Source: Sandaracinaceae bacterium | Lineage (GTDB): Bacteria; Myxococcota_A; Polyangia; Polyangiales; Sandaracinaceae | NCBI GenBank assembly: GCA_020633195.1 | Contig: JACKEC010000025.1 | Coordinates: forward strand, 1-64,000 | DNA length: 64,000 nt | Direction: 5' to 3' | Shown here: piece by piece, positions 45,760-55,399 of the stretch | How positions within the stretch are numbered: position 1 is the first letter of the stretch | Layout: each line of letters starts with the position of its first letter | Made by a program: the position numbers and the translations under genes | The notes under the pieces: generated by a model | What the model was told of the DNA's origin: nothing | Seen by the model: the letters and a program-made list of their open reading frames with translations, nothing else | Databases searched by the model: none

Positions 45760-47139
45760 TCACGCCGCGCTGACGGTCGGCCGCTGGTCCTGCTGGGTGA
45801 CGCGCTCGCGCTCGAAGAGCCGCACCTTCAGGCCCGGGCCCTTCTGCCGAAGGGTCACCGACGGCTTCAGCTCGAGGCGCTCGCCGGGCAGCAGGTCGAG
45901 GCGGAAGCGCTGCACGACCATGCCGAGGAGCAAGGTGGCTTCCATCATCGCGAAGTGGTTGCCGATGCACACGCGCGGCCCGCCGCCGAAGGGGAAGTAC
46001 GCGTAGCGCGGCAGGCTCGCCTCGTCCTTCCAGCGATCGGGATCGAACGCCTCGGGGTTCGGGAACCAGCGCGGGTCGCGGTGGACGACCCACTGGCTCA
46101 TCAGGATCTGCGAGCCCTTGGGGATGTGGTAGCCGCCGATCTCGACGTCCGCCGTGCTCTCGCGGCCCGTGGTCCAGGCGGGCGAGTAGAGGCGCATCGC
46201 CTCCTTGAGCACCCAGCCCGTGTAGACGAGCTTCTTCACGTCGTCCGCCTGCGGCAGCCGGTCGCCGACGACCTCGGTGAGCTCCTCGTGCACGCGGCGC
46301 GCGACGTCGGGGTACTTGCTGAGCAGGTAGAGCGTGTGGGACAGCGCGAGCGCCGTCGTCTCGTGGCCGGCGAGGAAGAGGGTCACCGCCTCGTCGCGGA
46401 GCTGCTGGTCGGTCATGCCCGAGCCGTCGTCGTCTTGCGCCGCGAGGAGCGTGCCGAGGAGATCGTCCCGCGTCTCACCGCTCGAGCGGCGGTCCGAGAT
46501 GATCCGGTACAGCAGCGTGTCGATCGACTCGACGGCGCGCTTGAGCCGGAGGTGCCGCGGGGTGGGGACCCACTCGGGGAGCATCACGACGGCCTCGGGG
46601 CTGTTCGCGTAGTACTCGTTGATGACCTCCATCGCGTCGCTCACGGTCTCGACGTCGGCCTTGGACATCCCCGCGCCGAAGAGGACGTCGGCGACGACCT
46701 CCATCGTGAGCCGCGACATCTCGTGGTGGAGGTTGATCTCCATTCCGTCGCGCCACGGGCGCAGCGCCTGATCGGTCACGCGCACCATCGCCTCGGCGTA
46801 CGTCGCGATCTTCTTGGGCGTGAACGCGGCGCTCATCAGCTTGCGCTGGCGCTTCCAGAGCTCCCCGTCGCTCGTCAACAAGCCTTGCCCGAGCGTGCGC
46901 TGGAGGATCGTGATGTACGCGTCGCGGCCCATCACCTTGGCGTGCTTCACCATCGCCGCCTCGATGTCCTTGGGGTGGCTGACCAGCACCCAGGGCTTGC
47001 CGAAGACGTTCATCTGCACCGTGTCGCCGTAGCGGGCCTTGAGGCCGGTGAGGAGCCCCAGCTGGTCGGTGCTCCAGCCGAAGAGGTTGCGTAGACCCAG
47101 GCGCCCCTTCGGGCCGGGCGGCGTTCGGTGCTCGTTCAT
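45760..47139 (-). CDS. Cytochrome P450
   Basis: FGGGPRVCIG heme loop, an ETLR-type EAMRLYSP motif, and AGHETT. Start trimmed to ATG at 47139 with a GGAGGGAG Shine-Dalgarno; ATGA overlap with the TetR stop. Confidence 0.9.
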   Translation of the reverse strand: MNEHRTPPGPKGRLGLRNLFGWSTDQLGLLTGLKARYGDTVQMNVFGKPWVLVSHPKDIEAAMVKHAKVMGRDAYITILQRTLGQGLLTSDGELWKRQRKLMSAAFTPKKIATYAEAMVRVTDQALRPWRDGMEINLHHEMSRLTMEVVADVLFGAGMSKADVETVSDAMEVINEYYANSPEAVVMLPEWVPTPRHLRLKRAVESIDTLLYRIISDRRSSGETRDDLLGTLLAAQDDDGSGMTDQQLRDEAVTLFLAGHETTALALSHTLYLLSKYPDVARRVHEELTEVVGDRLPQADDVKKLVYTGWVLKEAMRLYSPAWTTGRESTADVEIGGYHIPKGSQILMSQWVVHRDPRWFPNPEAFDPDRWKDEASLPRYAYFPFGGGPRVCIGNHFAMMEATLLLGMVVQRFRLDLLPGERLELKPSVTLRQKGPGLKVRLFERERVTQQDQRPTVSAA

Positions 47140-47765
47140 CTCGCTCCCTCCGGTTCGCCGACCCTGCGGAACAGGTCGACCATCTTGCTGGCGGTGTCGT
47201 CCACCGCGTCGGCCGTGATCTCGGACCAGTGCGACGCGAGCCAGCGATCCCCCGCGTCCATCAGGGCGAGCGCCGCGTGGACGATGAGGTCCGTGGGCAG
47301 GTCCTCGCGGACCGCGCCGAGCGCCTGACCCTGGCTGACCAGGGCGCCCGTCCACTCCATCATCCGCTCGTTGAGCATCAGGAGGACGGGGTGCCCCTCG
47401 AGCCGCTCGCGGGCTTGCGCGACCGAGAGGCAGAGCGCCGCGTTCTTCGGGTCCTCGAGCATGAAGCGGAGGCTGCGGGCGTACATCGCCTCGCACGCGT
47501 TCCAGAACGAGGCGGCGTCGTCGGCCTCGAACGGGAACCCGACCTGCAACAGCCAGTGCGCGAGCGCGTGGTCCAGGACGGTCCGGTACAGGTCGTCCTT
47601 GTCCGAGAAGTAGTAGTACATCGCGCCCTTGCTGATCCCGGCGCGCTCGATGATGCGGTTGTAGGACGCCTGCTCGAACCCGCGCTCGCCGAACTCCTCC
47701 GCCGCGGCGTCGAGGATCGTCTTCTTGCGGGGCTCGTCGAGCTTCTGGAAGCGGGGCAGCGGCAT
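47136..47765 (-). CDS. TetR/AcrR-family transcriptional regulator
   Basis: An HTH (SYNRIIERAGISKGAMYYYFSDKDDLY) followed by a ligand-binding domain. Confidence 0.85.
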   Translation of the reverse strand: MPLPRFQKLDEPRKKTILDAAAEEFGERGFEQASYNRIIERAGISKGAMYYYFSDKDDLYRTVLDHALAHWLLQVGFPFEADDAASFWNACEAMYARSLRFMLEDPKNAALCLSVAQARERLEGHPVLLMLNERMMEWTGALVSQGQALGAVREDLPTDLIVHAALALMDAGDRWLASHWSEITADAVDDTASKMVDLFRRVGEPEGAR

Positions 47766-47856
47766 TGGACTCTCCGGTCGTACCAGGCGGTTCGACCGAG
47801 TGGTCTAATACTGGGTGCGGCTCCCGCGGTCGTCAACCCCGGCGCCGCCGAAGGAC

Positions 47857-47893
47857 GGAAAAGAAGCGACCGGGGCCCTGAGACCCCGGTCGC
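47857..47893 (-). terminator. Intrinsic terminator downstream of the TSP3/vWA lipoprotein gene
   Basis: Minus strand reads GCGACCGGGG-(8 nt)-CCCCGGTCGC, a 10-bp perfect stem, followed by UUCUUUUCC. Confidence 0.5.
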
Positions 47894-47913
47894 GTGGGCT
47901 GGGCGTTCGCCGG

Positions 47914-50184
47914 CTACTCGTTCGGGTCGGGGATCCGCGGCGGGACCAGGAAGAACACGATGCGGCTGTCGAGCGGGGTGAAGCCGTCGCCGATGACGGT
48001 GACCTGCGCGCGGAAGAGCTGGGGGCTCAGGGTCGGCGGGACCGTGGTGTTCATCTTCGGGACGATGTCGAAGCACACGGGGGTGCCCGGGGTGACGCGC
48101 TGGAACGTGTCGTGGAAGCTGTCGGCGTCGATGCCGGCGCGGTCGTACGTGGACAGCCCGGTGGTGCAGGTGAGGCCGGCCGCCGGGGTGGTGCGGGTCT
48201 CGAGGTGGTCGAGGAACGCGGCCACGGCGTCGATGGTCTCACCCGGATCCATCAGGTCGGTCGCCTGCGCGGACACGTCGAGCGGCACCGCCGCGGCGCG
48301 CCGGACGGCGTCCGTCACCGCGGTCGAGAGGCCGCTGCCGCTCGGCGCGCTGAGCACGTACGAGCTCGCCGGGCCGGGAGCGCCCCGCGCGATCGTGGTG
48401 TCGGTGACGAGCCGGTTGAGGAACGACTGCGCGCCCGCGGCGGTCCAGATGCCGACGACGCGCGCGTTGATGGTCGAGAGCGCGGTGGTCATCTGCGTCC
48501 ACGTGGGCGCGCCAGGCACGCCCGAGTAGTCGCAGCTGCACGTCGGCGAGTTGTGCTGGTCGACGTCGGTCATGACGATGACGATCGGCACCGCGGTCGG
48601 CCGGAAGCACGCCATGCCCGTGTAGCCGGAGGGGCACGTGGGCGCGGTCGAGACGTTGCCCGGGAAGCGCGCGTAGCCCGAGAGGGTGTCGCGCGAGCCG
48701 AGCGCGTAGAGCGCGGCGACCCCGGACTCCGGGCCGTCGTAGCCCCAGTTCGTCCCGTAGCGGTTGACCGCGGTCTGCGCCGCCGTCGTGCTCGAGGTCA
48801 TCGTCGTGTACTGGAAGAACGCCTGGTCGTGGATGATGCCGACCGCGTCCGTCCGGACGTTCACGCCGCCGTAGGTGCCGCGCGGGTAGTCGTCGAACCC
48901 GCCGACGCCGAACCAGGCGTTGGGGATCCGCGCGCGGATGTCGGGGATGACGGTCGACGTCAGGCCGGCCTGCAGCGCGCTGATCGTGCCGCCCATCGAG
49001 CCGGTGTTGTCCATCAGGAAGTAGATGTCGGCTTCCTGCAGGCTGGTGTCGAACTGCAGCGTGTCGCGCGTCGGATCCGGCGGCGCGAGGTGCGGGACGA
49101 CGAAGACGAAGTCGCCGCGCGACCGCGGGTTGTCCGCCGCGTTCAGCGGGTCGGTGCCCGCGCCGACCTCGATGAGATCGCTGACGCCGTCACCGTCGCT
49201 GTCCGCCAGCCGCGGGTTGGTGCCCGCCGCGCGCTCCGCGGCGTCGGAGAGGCCGTCGGCGTCGCTGTCGGGATCGCGGAAGTCGAAGGTCCCGTCGCCG
49301 TCGGTGTCGATCGGCGGGGTCATCCAGTCGGTGTCGCCCGCCTCTTCGGCGTCGGTGAAGCCGTCGCCGTCCGTGTCGAGGTCGTAGATGTCCGGCGTCC
49401 CGTCGCCGTCCGTGTCGATGAGCCCCTCGATGAGGTCGGCGATCGTGTCGCCGTCGCTGTCGGGCGAGTTGTAGTCGGCGACGCCGTCGCCGTCGTGGTC
49501 CTGCGGCATCGTCGGGTCGCCGCCGATCTCGGTGGCGTCGTCGAGCCCGTCCTCGTCGTTGTCGAAGTCGCGGAACGCGGGGCGGCTGTCGCCGTCCTGA
49601 TCGGAGGTGCCCTCGACGCCGTCGAGGATGCCGTTGCCGTCGCTGTCCGTGTCGCGGAAGTCGGGGATGCCGTCGAAGTCGGTGTCGATCGGAGAGGTCG
49701 ACACGCTCGAGTCGCCCGCCTCGTCCACGTCGAGGATGCCGTCGCCGTCGCTGTCGGGGTCGAGGTAGTCGGGGGCGCCGTCGCCGTCGGTGTCGACGCC
49801 GCCGCTCGCCATCCGGCCCTCGTGGACGTCGCTGATCGTGTCGCCGTCCGAGTCGCCGAAGACGTCGAAGCCCGCGTCGAACCCGCTGCCGGTGCCCGCG
49901 TCCATGCCCATCATGGAGCCGGCGTCGTCGCCGCCCATGCCGCCGCCGTCCATCATGGTGACGTCGCCGGCGTCGACGCCGGTGCCGCCGCCATCCTCGT
50001 CGGCGCCGGAGTCGGTGCTGCCCGACCCGGCGTCACGCCTCGGCGGGGTCTGGCACATCCCGTCGATGCACATCCCGCTCGTGCACTCGCTGTCGTTGGC
50101 GCACGGCGTACCCATCGGGTCCGGGTCGCCTCCGCACGCAGCCAAGCCGCACACTGCTAGTGCGATGATCCAGCGCTGACGCAT
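47914..50184 (-). CDS. Lipoprotein with thrombospondin type-3 Ca-binding repeats and a vWA-like domain
   Basis: Lipobox LAVCGLAAC; more than 12 DxDxDGxxDxxD TSP3 repeats; MIDAS-like DIYFLMDNTGSMGG. Confidence 0.7.
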   Translation of the reverse strand: MRQRWIIALAVCGLAACGGDPDPMGTPCANDSECTSGMCIDGMCQTPPRRDAGSGSTDSGADEDGGGTGVDAGDVTMMDGGGMGGDDAGSMMGMDAGTGSGFDAGFDVFGDSDGDTISDVHEGRMASGGVDTDGDGAPDYLDPDSDGDGILDVDEAGDSSVSTSPIDTDFDGIPDFRDTDSDGNGILDGVEGTSDQDGDSRPAFRDFDNDEDGLDDATEIGGDPTMPQDHDGDGVADYNSPDSDGDTIADLIEGLIDTDGDGTPDIYDLDTDGDGFTDAEEAGDTDWMTPPIDTDGDGTFDFRDPDSDADGLSDAAERAAGTNPRLADSDGDGVSDLIEVGAGTDPLNAADNPRSRGDFVFVVPHLAPPDPTRDTLQFDTSLQEADIYFLMDNTGSMGGTISALQAGLTSTVIPDIRARIPNAWFGVGGFDDYPRGTYGGVNVRTDAVGIIHDQAFFQYTTMTSSTTAAQTAVNRYGTNWGYDGPESGVAALYALGSRDTLSGYARFPGNVSTAPTCPSGYTGMACFRPTAVPIVIVMTDVDQHNSPTCSCDYSGVPGAPTWTQMTTALSTINARVVGIWTAAGAQSFLNRLVTDTTIARGAPGPASSYVLSAPSGSGLSTAVTDAVRRAAAVPLDVSAQATDLMDPGETIDAVAAFLDHLETRTTPAAGLTCTTGLSTYDRAGIDADSFHDTFQRVTPGTPVCFDIVPKMNTTVPPTLSPQLFRAQVTVIGDGFTPLDSRIVFFLVPPRIPDPNE

Positions 50185-50247
50185 CCTAAGTCCTCCGCGC
50201 GAAACTGTACCATCGCTGCGCAGGCCCCTGCGAGGGGGGACGCTCGA

Positions 50248-51813
50248 TTAGCTCTTCGTCAGGCTGCGCAGCTTGGTCATCGCGAGCAGCGCCTTGGGCA
50301 GGTTGCCGCCCAGCAGGCCGTGGAACACCTGGGCCATCGCGTCGTACTTGCCCTTGTAGGGGAACCAGAGGGGCTCGATGTCCGACCAGCCGCGGTCGAC
50401 CATGATCGCCTTCTGGTGCGTGAACGCGAGCAGCCCCTCGGGGCCGTGGTAGCGCCCGAACCCGCTGTTCTTCACGCCGCCGAACGGGAGCGCGGGGTTG
50501 CCGACGATCGAGACCAGGTCGTTGACCATCACCTGCCCGCACTCGAGCCGCGAGGCGAGCTCGAGCCCGCGCTCGACGTCCTTCGTGAACACGCACCCGT
50601 TGAGGCCGTACTGGTGGTCGTTGGCGAGGCGGATGGCCTCCTCCTCGTCCTTCACCCGGATCACCGGGAGGACCGGCCCGAAGGTCTCCTCGCGGTAGAT
50701 CTCCATGCTCGGGGTCACCCCCGTGAGCAGCGTAGGCGCGAAGAACTGGCCCGGTCGGTCGAGGCGCGTCCCGCCCGCGAGCACCTTCGCCCCGTCGTCG
50801 ACCGCGCCCGCGACGTGGCGCTCGACCGTCGTCACCTGCCCGCGGAAGGTCAGCGGTCCCATGTCCGCGTGCTCGTCGGGGCCGCCCACGCGCATCGCCC
50901 GGACCTCGGCCTCGAGGAGCGCCACGAACTCGTCGTGGATCGCGTCCACCACGAAGAGGCGCTCGACGGAGGTGCACATCTGCCCGCAGTTGACGAGCCC
51001 GCCCCACGCGGCGGCCTTGGCGGCGCGCGCGAGGTTCGCGTCGGCGCAGACGATCATCGCGTCCTTGCCGCCGAGCTCGAGCTCGACGGGGATCGGGCGC
51101 TTGGCCGCCTCGGCCATCACCTTGCGGCCGGTCGCCACCGAGCCGGTGAAGAAGAGCTTGTCGACGTCGGCGCGCGTCAGCGCGGCGCCCGTCGAGCCGT
51201 CGCCCTGCACGACCTCCACGACGCCGCGCGGGAGGCCGATGCGGCGGAAGATCTCGTCGACGATCTCGCCCGTGATCGGCGTGACCTCGGACGGCTTGAG
51301 CACGACGGTGTTGCCCGCGATGAGGGCGCTCAGGACGGGCACCATCGAGAGCTGGAACGGGAAGTTCCACGGCGAGATCACGCCCACGACGCCGAGGGGG
51401 AAGTGCTCGATGTAGCTCGCCTTGCCCGGGAACAAGATCGGCGTCGACACCTTCCGGCGCGAGAGCGTCTTCTTCGCCGTCTTGCGGTAGTGGTCGAGGA
51501 AGAGCGGGATCGCCATCAGCTCGGTGACGAGCGAGTCGACGAGCGGCTTGCCCGTGTCGTCGCTGATGCGACGCGCGTACTCCTCGCCGTGCGTCTGCAC
51601 GACGTCCTTGATCCGCGAGAGCATCCGGAGGCGATCGTCGAGCGACGTGTCGCGCCACGTGGGGAACGCCTCTCTCGCGCGCGCGACGGCGGCGTCGACC
51701 TCCGCCGCGGTGCGGATGGGGAAGGTCCCGAGGACCTCGCCGGTGACCGGGCTTCGCTTCTCGATGACCGCGGCGCCCGCGCCGTTGCCCCCGCTCTTCT
51801 GTGTCGCTTCCAT
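50248..51813 (-). CDS. Aldehyde dehydrogenase family protein
   Basis: ELGGKDAMIV, catalytic GQMCTSVERLFV, EETFGPVLPV. Start trimmed from 52845 to ATG at 51813. Confidence 0.9.
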   Translation of the reverse strand: MEATQKSGGNGAGAAVIEKRSPVTGEVLGTFPIRTAAEVDAAVARAREAFPTWRDTSLDDRLRMLSRIKDVVQTHGEEYARRISDDTGKPLVDSLVTELMAIPLFLDHYRKTAKKTLSRRKVSTPILFPGKASYIEHFPLGVVGVISPWNFPFQLSMVPVLSALIAGNTVVLKPSEVTPITGEIVDEIFRRIGLPRGVVEVVQGDGSTGAALTRADVDKLFFTGSVATGRKVMAEAAKRPIPVELELGGKDAMIVCADANLARAAKAAAWGGLVNCGQMCTSVERLFVVDAIHDEFVALLEAEVRAMRVGGPDEHADMGPLTFRGQVTTVERHVAGAVDDGAKVLAGGTRLDRPGQFFAPTLLTGVTPSMEIYREETFGPVLPVIRVKDEEEAIRLANDHQYGLNGCVFTKDVERGLELASRLECGQVMVNDLVSIVGNPALPFGGVKNSGFGRYHGPEGLLAFTHQKAIMVDRGWSDIEPLWFPYKGKYDAMAQVFHGLLGGNLPKALLAMTKLRSLTKS

Positions 51814-51870
51814 GACGCGGACGATTCTGCGCCCCAGCGCCAAGGCACGCCAGGCGCTATCCTCGGGGGC

Positions 51871-52470
51871 GTGTACCGCGAGCCCGCCGCGCCGAGCGAA
51901 GCGATCGAGCTGCACCGGCTCGCGCCGCGGCGGTGGTGGTGCCTGCGCGAGGACGACGTCGAGGGCTTCCTCGGCGCGCGCGTGCTCGTCGGTCGGCGCG
52001 CGTACACGAGCCTCGATCGCACGCGCCGCGTGCGCTTCGTCGCCGACGACGCCGAGGCGCGCTTCGAGCTGATCGACCCAGCGCGCGGGATCACGCGACG
52101 GAGCCATCGGCGCTCCGTCGGCCTGCCTCGCCGCGCCGACGCCTCGATCGCGCCGCGGTCGGTGTGGACGGCGCCGGTGATCGGCCGCCCGCTGCGCCCG
52201 GTGTGCTTCGTCGGCGCGCGCGCCGCGCCCGATCCGCGCATGGTCCGCGTGCTCGCCTACGACGACGGCGTGCTCGTGGTCCGCGTCACCTCGCGCGGCG
52301 TCGACGCCGGCGACACGTGGCACGCCTCCCTCGACGACGCGCTCGGCCAGCTCGACCGCGAGCTCGGCGCGCACCTCGGCGCGCTCCGCGCGGGAGACCG
52401 CCGTCGGCCGTGGCGTCGCGACGATCCCTGGGGCGCGCCTCAGGGCTCGCGCAGCACCCACACGGTCTGA
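51871..52470 (+). CDS. Possible small hypothetical gene (about 200 aa), unannotated
   Basis: This is the only non-Arg-dominated frame in the 600-bp gap between the ALDH start and the GH13 stop (VYREPAAPSEAIELHRLAP...MVRVLAYDDGVLVVRVTSRG...). Start uncertain: GTG at 51871 or a later ATG. Confidence 0.25.
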   Translation: MYREPAAPSEAIELHRLAPRRWWCLREDDVEGFLGARVLVGRRAYTSLDRTRRVRFVADDAEARFELIDPARGITRRSHRRSVGLPRRADASIAPRSVWTAPVIGRPLRPVCFVGARAAPDPRMVRVLAYDDGVLVVRVTSRGVDAGDTWHASLDDALGQLDRELGAHLGALRAGDRRRPWRRDDPWGAPQGSRSTHTV

Positions 52471-54071
52471 GCGGGCACCGATCCGCGGAAGACACCGTCG
52501 GTCACCGCGCCGACGGGCGCGTCGGTGATCTCGTCCTCGGCGCTCGCCCACGGCACGGACACCGCGACGTCGGTCGCGGCGCGCGCGTAGCTCGCGACGA
52601 CGAGGCGGTCGCCGTCGGGGTGCCGGCGCCAGTAGACGAGCTGCCCGCGCGCCGACGCGAGCCGCTGATAGGTCCCCGTGCGCAACGCCGGCGTCGCGTT
52701 CCGCAGCGCGATCAGGCGCCGGTAGTGCGAGAGCAGCGAGGCCGGATCGGCCTGCTCGACCTCGACGTTGCGCGTCGCGTGCTCGGGCGCGACCGCGAGG
52801 AACGGGGCGCCCGTGGTGAAGCCCGCGGTCGGCGTCGCGTCCCACTGCATCGGCGTGCGCGCCGAGTCGCGCCCGTCGACGATCACGCCGGCGCCGGCGC
52901 GCATCCCGAGCTCCTCGCCGTAGTAGACGAACGGTACGCCGGGCAGCGTCAACAGCGTGCCCGCCATGACGCGCAGCGCGCCCGGGTCGTCGCTCACGTT
53001 CTCGGTCGCGCGCGGGAGGTCGTGGTTGCCGAGGACCGGGCAGAACGCGCCGCCGGTCGGGGTGGCCGCGACGAGCTCGTCGAAGGCGCGCCCGAGGCCC
53101 GACGCGTTCTCGCTGTTCGCGGCGACGGAGAACAGCGCCGACTCCGCGAGGAGGAAGCCCATCTGCAGCACGTCGTCGGCGAGGTAGGGCGCGAGCTCCT
53201 CAGGGCTCGCGAGGATCTCGCCGACCATCGCCGCGTCGCGCTCGTCGGTCACCGCCCGCAGCGACCGCAGGAACTCGAAGGTGCCTGGTCGGTGCACGCA
53301 CACCGGGAGGTCCTCGTCGTAGCGGTAGGGCACGTCGAGCCGGAAGCCGTCGGTGCCCCGGTCGAGCCAGAAGCGCGCGACGTCCAGGAGCGCGGTCCGC
53401 ATCGCGGGCTGATCGAAGTTCAGGTCCGGCTGCGCGGGGTAGAACTGGTGAAAGTAGAATTGCCCCCGGACGTCGTCGAAGGTCCAGCGGGTCTCCCCGA
53501 ACGGTCCCGACGCGCCCTCGCAGCCGAGGCCCTCGGTGTCGGACCACACGAACCAGTCGCTGCGCGGGCCCGTCGGATCGGTGCGCGACTCCTCGAACCA
53601 GGCGTGCGCGCGCGAGGTGTGGTTGAAGACGAGGTCGAGGTAGATCCGCAGCCCGCGCGCGTGGGCCGCCTCGGTGAGCGCGTCGAAGTCGGCGAGGGTG
53701 CCGTAGTCCGGGTGGACGTCGACGTAGTCGGCGACGTCGTAGCCGCTGTCGGCGAGCGGCGACGGGAAGATCGGCATCAACCAGATGCCGGTGATCCCGA
53801 GGTCGGCGAGGTAGTCGAGGCGGCTCGTGAGCCCCGCGAGATCGCCGATCCCGTCGCCGTCGGAGTCCTGGAAGCTGCGCACCCAGAGCTCGTAGAAGAC
53901 GGCCTGCCGGTGCCAGCGGTCGTCCTCCACGAACGGCGGCGGCTGCCCCGCGTCGAGCTCGATCGCGGCGTCGCCCGCGTCGGCGCCCCCCGCGTCGGGG
54001 GCCCCCGCGTCGACGACGGGATCGCCGTCGCAGCCGAGCAGCAGCAGGCCGAGCAGCGCGAGCCGCCTCAC
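52440..54071 (-). CDS. GH13 alpha-amylase-family glycoside hydrolase (alpha-glucosidase/oligo-1,6-glucosidase-like) lipoprotein
   Basis: LLLLGC lipobox; GH13 regions DLVFNH, GFRLDV, YGEELGM, FVYYGEE; QPDLNF. Confidence 0.88.
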   Translation of the reverse strand: MRRLALLGLLLLGCDGDPVVDAGAPDAGGADAGDAAIELDAGQPPPFVEDDRWHRQAVFYELWVRSFQDSDGDGIGDLAGLTSRLDYLADLGITGIWLMPIFPSPLADSGYDVADYVDVHPDYGTLADFDALTEAAHARGLRIYLDLVFNHTSRAHAWFEESRTDPTGPRSDWFVWSDTEGLGCEGASGPFGETRWTFDDVRGQFYFHQFYPAQPDLNFDQPAMRTALLDVARFWLDRGTDGFRLDVPYRYDEDLPVCVHRPGTFEFLRSLRAVTDERDAAMVGEILASPEELAPYLADDVLQMGFLLAESALFSVAANSENASGLGRAFDELVAATPTGGAFCPVLGNHDLPRATENVSDDPGALRVMAGTLLTLPGVPFVYYGEELGMRAGAGVIVDGRDSARTPMQWDATPTAGFTTGAPFLAVAPEHATRNVEVEQADPASLLSHYRRLIALRNATPALRTGTYQRLASARGQLVYWRRHPDGDRLVVASYARAATDVAVSVPWASAEDEITDAPVGAVTDGVFRGSVPAQTVWVLREP

Positions 54072-54535
54072 GGCGCGACGCTCACGTGCTCTTCACGCAG
54101 CATCTCGAGGATCGCCTGCACGTCCGGCGTCGGCACGCCCTCGGCCGTCTCGAGGATCGCGTGCAGCTCGCCCGCGACCTCGCGCGCCTCGTGGATGCGC
54201 GAGCGCAGCTCCGTGGGCGACAAGACCTCTTGCCCGATGTGAACACCGTCGGGCTCGACGCGGAGCCTCAGCGTGTCGGGCGCGGCGCCGCCAGGCTCTC
54301 GACCCGCGGCCTGCTCACGCGTCGCGCGGCGTCCGTCCCACTCCTCGACCGCGCGCTCGCCGAGCTCGCGCGTGGCGGTGCCCAGCTCGTCCCCGAGCTC
54401 CTGCGCGGGCTCGGTCGCCGCGATCCGCAGGGTGTGCTCGTAGAGCGTGTAGGTCCCGAGCGGGACGAAGAAGTAGACGACCAGGACCACGACCAGGCCG
54501 ATGAGCCAGAGGATTCCGTTGATGGCCTTGCGCAT
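54068..54535 (-). CDS. Small membrane-anchored hypothetical protein (ExbD/TolR-like periplasmic region?)
   Basis: N-terminal TM ILWLIGLVVVLVVYFFVPL; its stop overlaps the GH13 start. Confidence 0.45.
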   Translation of the reverse strand: MRKAINGILWLIGLVVVLVVYFFVPLGTYTLYEHTLRIAATEPAQELGDELGTATRELGERAVEEWDGRRATREQAAGREPGGAAPDTLRLRVEPDGVHIGQEVLSPTELRSRIHEAREVAGELHAILETAEGVPTPDVQAILEMLREEHVSVAP

Positions 54536-54556
54536 GGTTCGCCTCCGAGACCTCTA

Positions 54557-55399
54557 TCACGCCGTCCCGGGACCTCGACAGAAAGCGAGGACCCGCTCCG
54601 CGGTCTCGACGGGTCGCTCCGTCGGGAAGTCGTGGCCGGCGCCGCGGACGTAGTCGAGCGAGGCGTTGGGCAGCCGGCGCGCGAGGCGCTCGCTGTTCGC
54701 GGGCGGCATCAGCCGATCCGCGTCGCCCGTCAGCACCAGCGTCGCGTGCTCGAGGTGGGGGAGCAGGCGCCACGCGTCGTGGCGCGCGCCGGCCGCGACC
54801 TGGCCCAGGAGGCCGCGCACGCTGCGCGGCTCGGACTCGGCGATCGAGGCCCAGATGTCGACGATGTCGGGGCGCTCCTCGAGGTAGCGGGGGCTCAGGA
54901 CCCAGCGCGCGTTCTCGGCCTGCGCGGCGCGGGGCCCCTTGCGCGAGGCGCGGGCCAGCGCGAGCGCGGCGCGCGGCGAGAGGGTCTCCGCGTCGGGTCC
55001 GCCCGGGCTCGTGCACGCGAGCACGAGCCGGCCCACCCGGTGCGGGTGCCGGAGCGTGAGCTGCTGCGCGATCATCCCGCCGAGCGAGATCCCGAACACG
55101 TCGGCGCGCTCGACCCCGCTCGCCTCGAGCACGAGCGCGGCGTCGTCCGCCATGTCCGCGGTCGTCCAGAACAGCTTGGGCGTGTCGCTGCGCCCGACCC
55201 CGCGGTTGTCGAACACCACGAGGCGCCGCTCGCGCTCGAGGAGCTCGCGGAACTCGAGCCAGTAGCTCGACGAGCGCGCGAGCCCGCGGATCAGCAAGAG
55301 GGGCGGCGCGCCCTCGGGCCCGCCGACCTCGAAGTACAAGCGGCCGCCGTCGCGGCGACGGGCGAAGCCGGTCTTCGCCGGGGCTACGGGCACCGACAC
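54557..55399 (-). CDS. Alpha/beta-fold hydrolase
   Basis: GISLGGMIAQ nucleophile elbow and a C-terminal HDFP motif. Probable GTG start at 55399; the upstream 280 aa of ORF 54557..56254 belong to the next gene in another frame. Confidence 0.68.
   Translation of the reverse strand: MSVPVAPAKTGFARRRDGGRLYFEVGGPEGAPPLLLIRGLARSSSYWLEFRELLERERRLVVFDNRGVGRSDTPKLFWTTADMADDAALVLEASGVERADVFGISLGGMIAQQLTLRHPHRVGRLVLACTSPGGPDAETLSPRAALALARASRKGPRAAQAENARWVLSPRYLEERPDIVDIWASIAESEPRSVRGLLGQVAAGARHDAWRLLPHLEHATLVLTGDADRLMPPANSERLARRLPNASLDYVRGAGHDFPTERPVETAERVLAFCRGPGTA

Noticed and set aside
50185-50247. Hairpin CCCCT-GCG-AGGGG downstream of the aldehyde dehydrogenase as a terminator
   Set aside because: Only a 5-bp stem with a 3-nt loop and no U-tract, too weak to call.
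50248-52845. 865-aa ORF, and 50320..52470, 51516..52241, 51933..54242 ORFs
   Set aside because: Ghost frames around the aldehyde dehydrogenase and GH13 genes. Only the C-terminal 521 aa (ALDH) and possibly 51871..52470 are kept.
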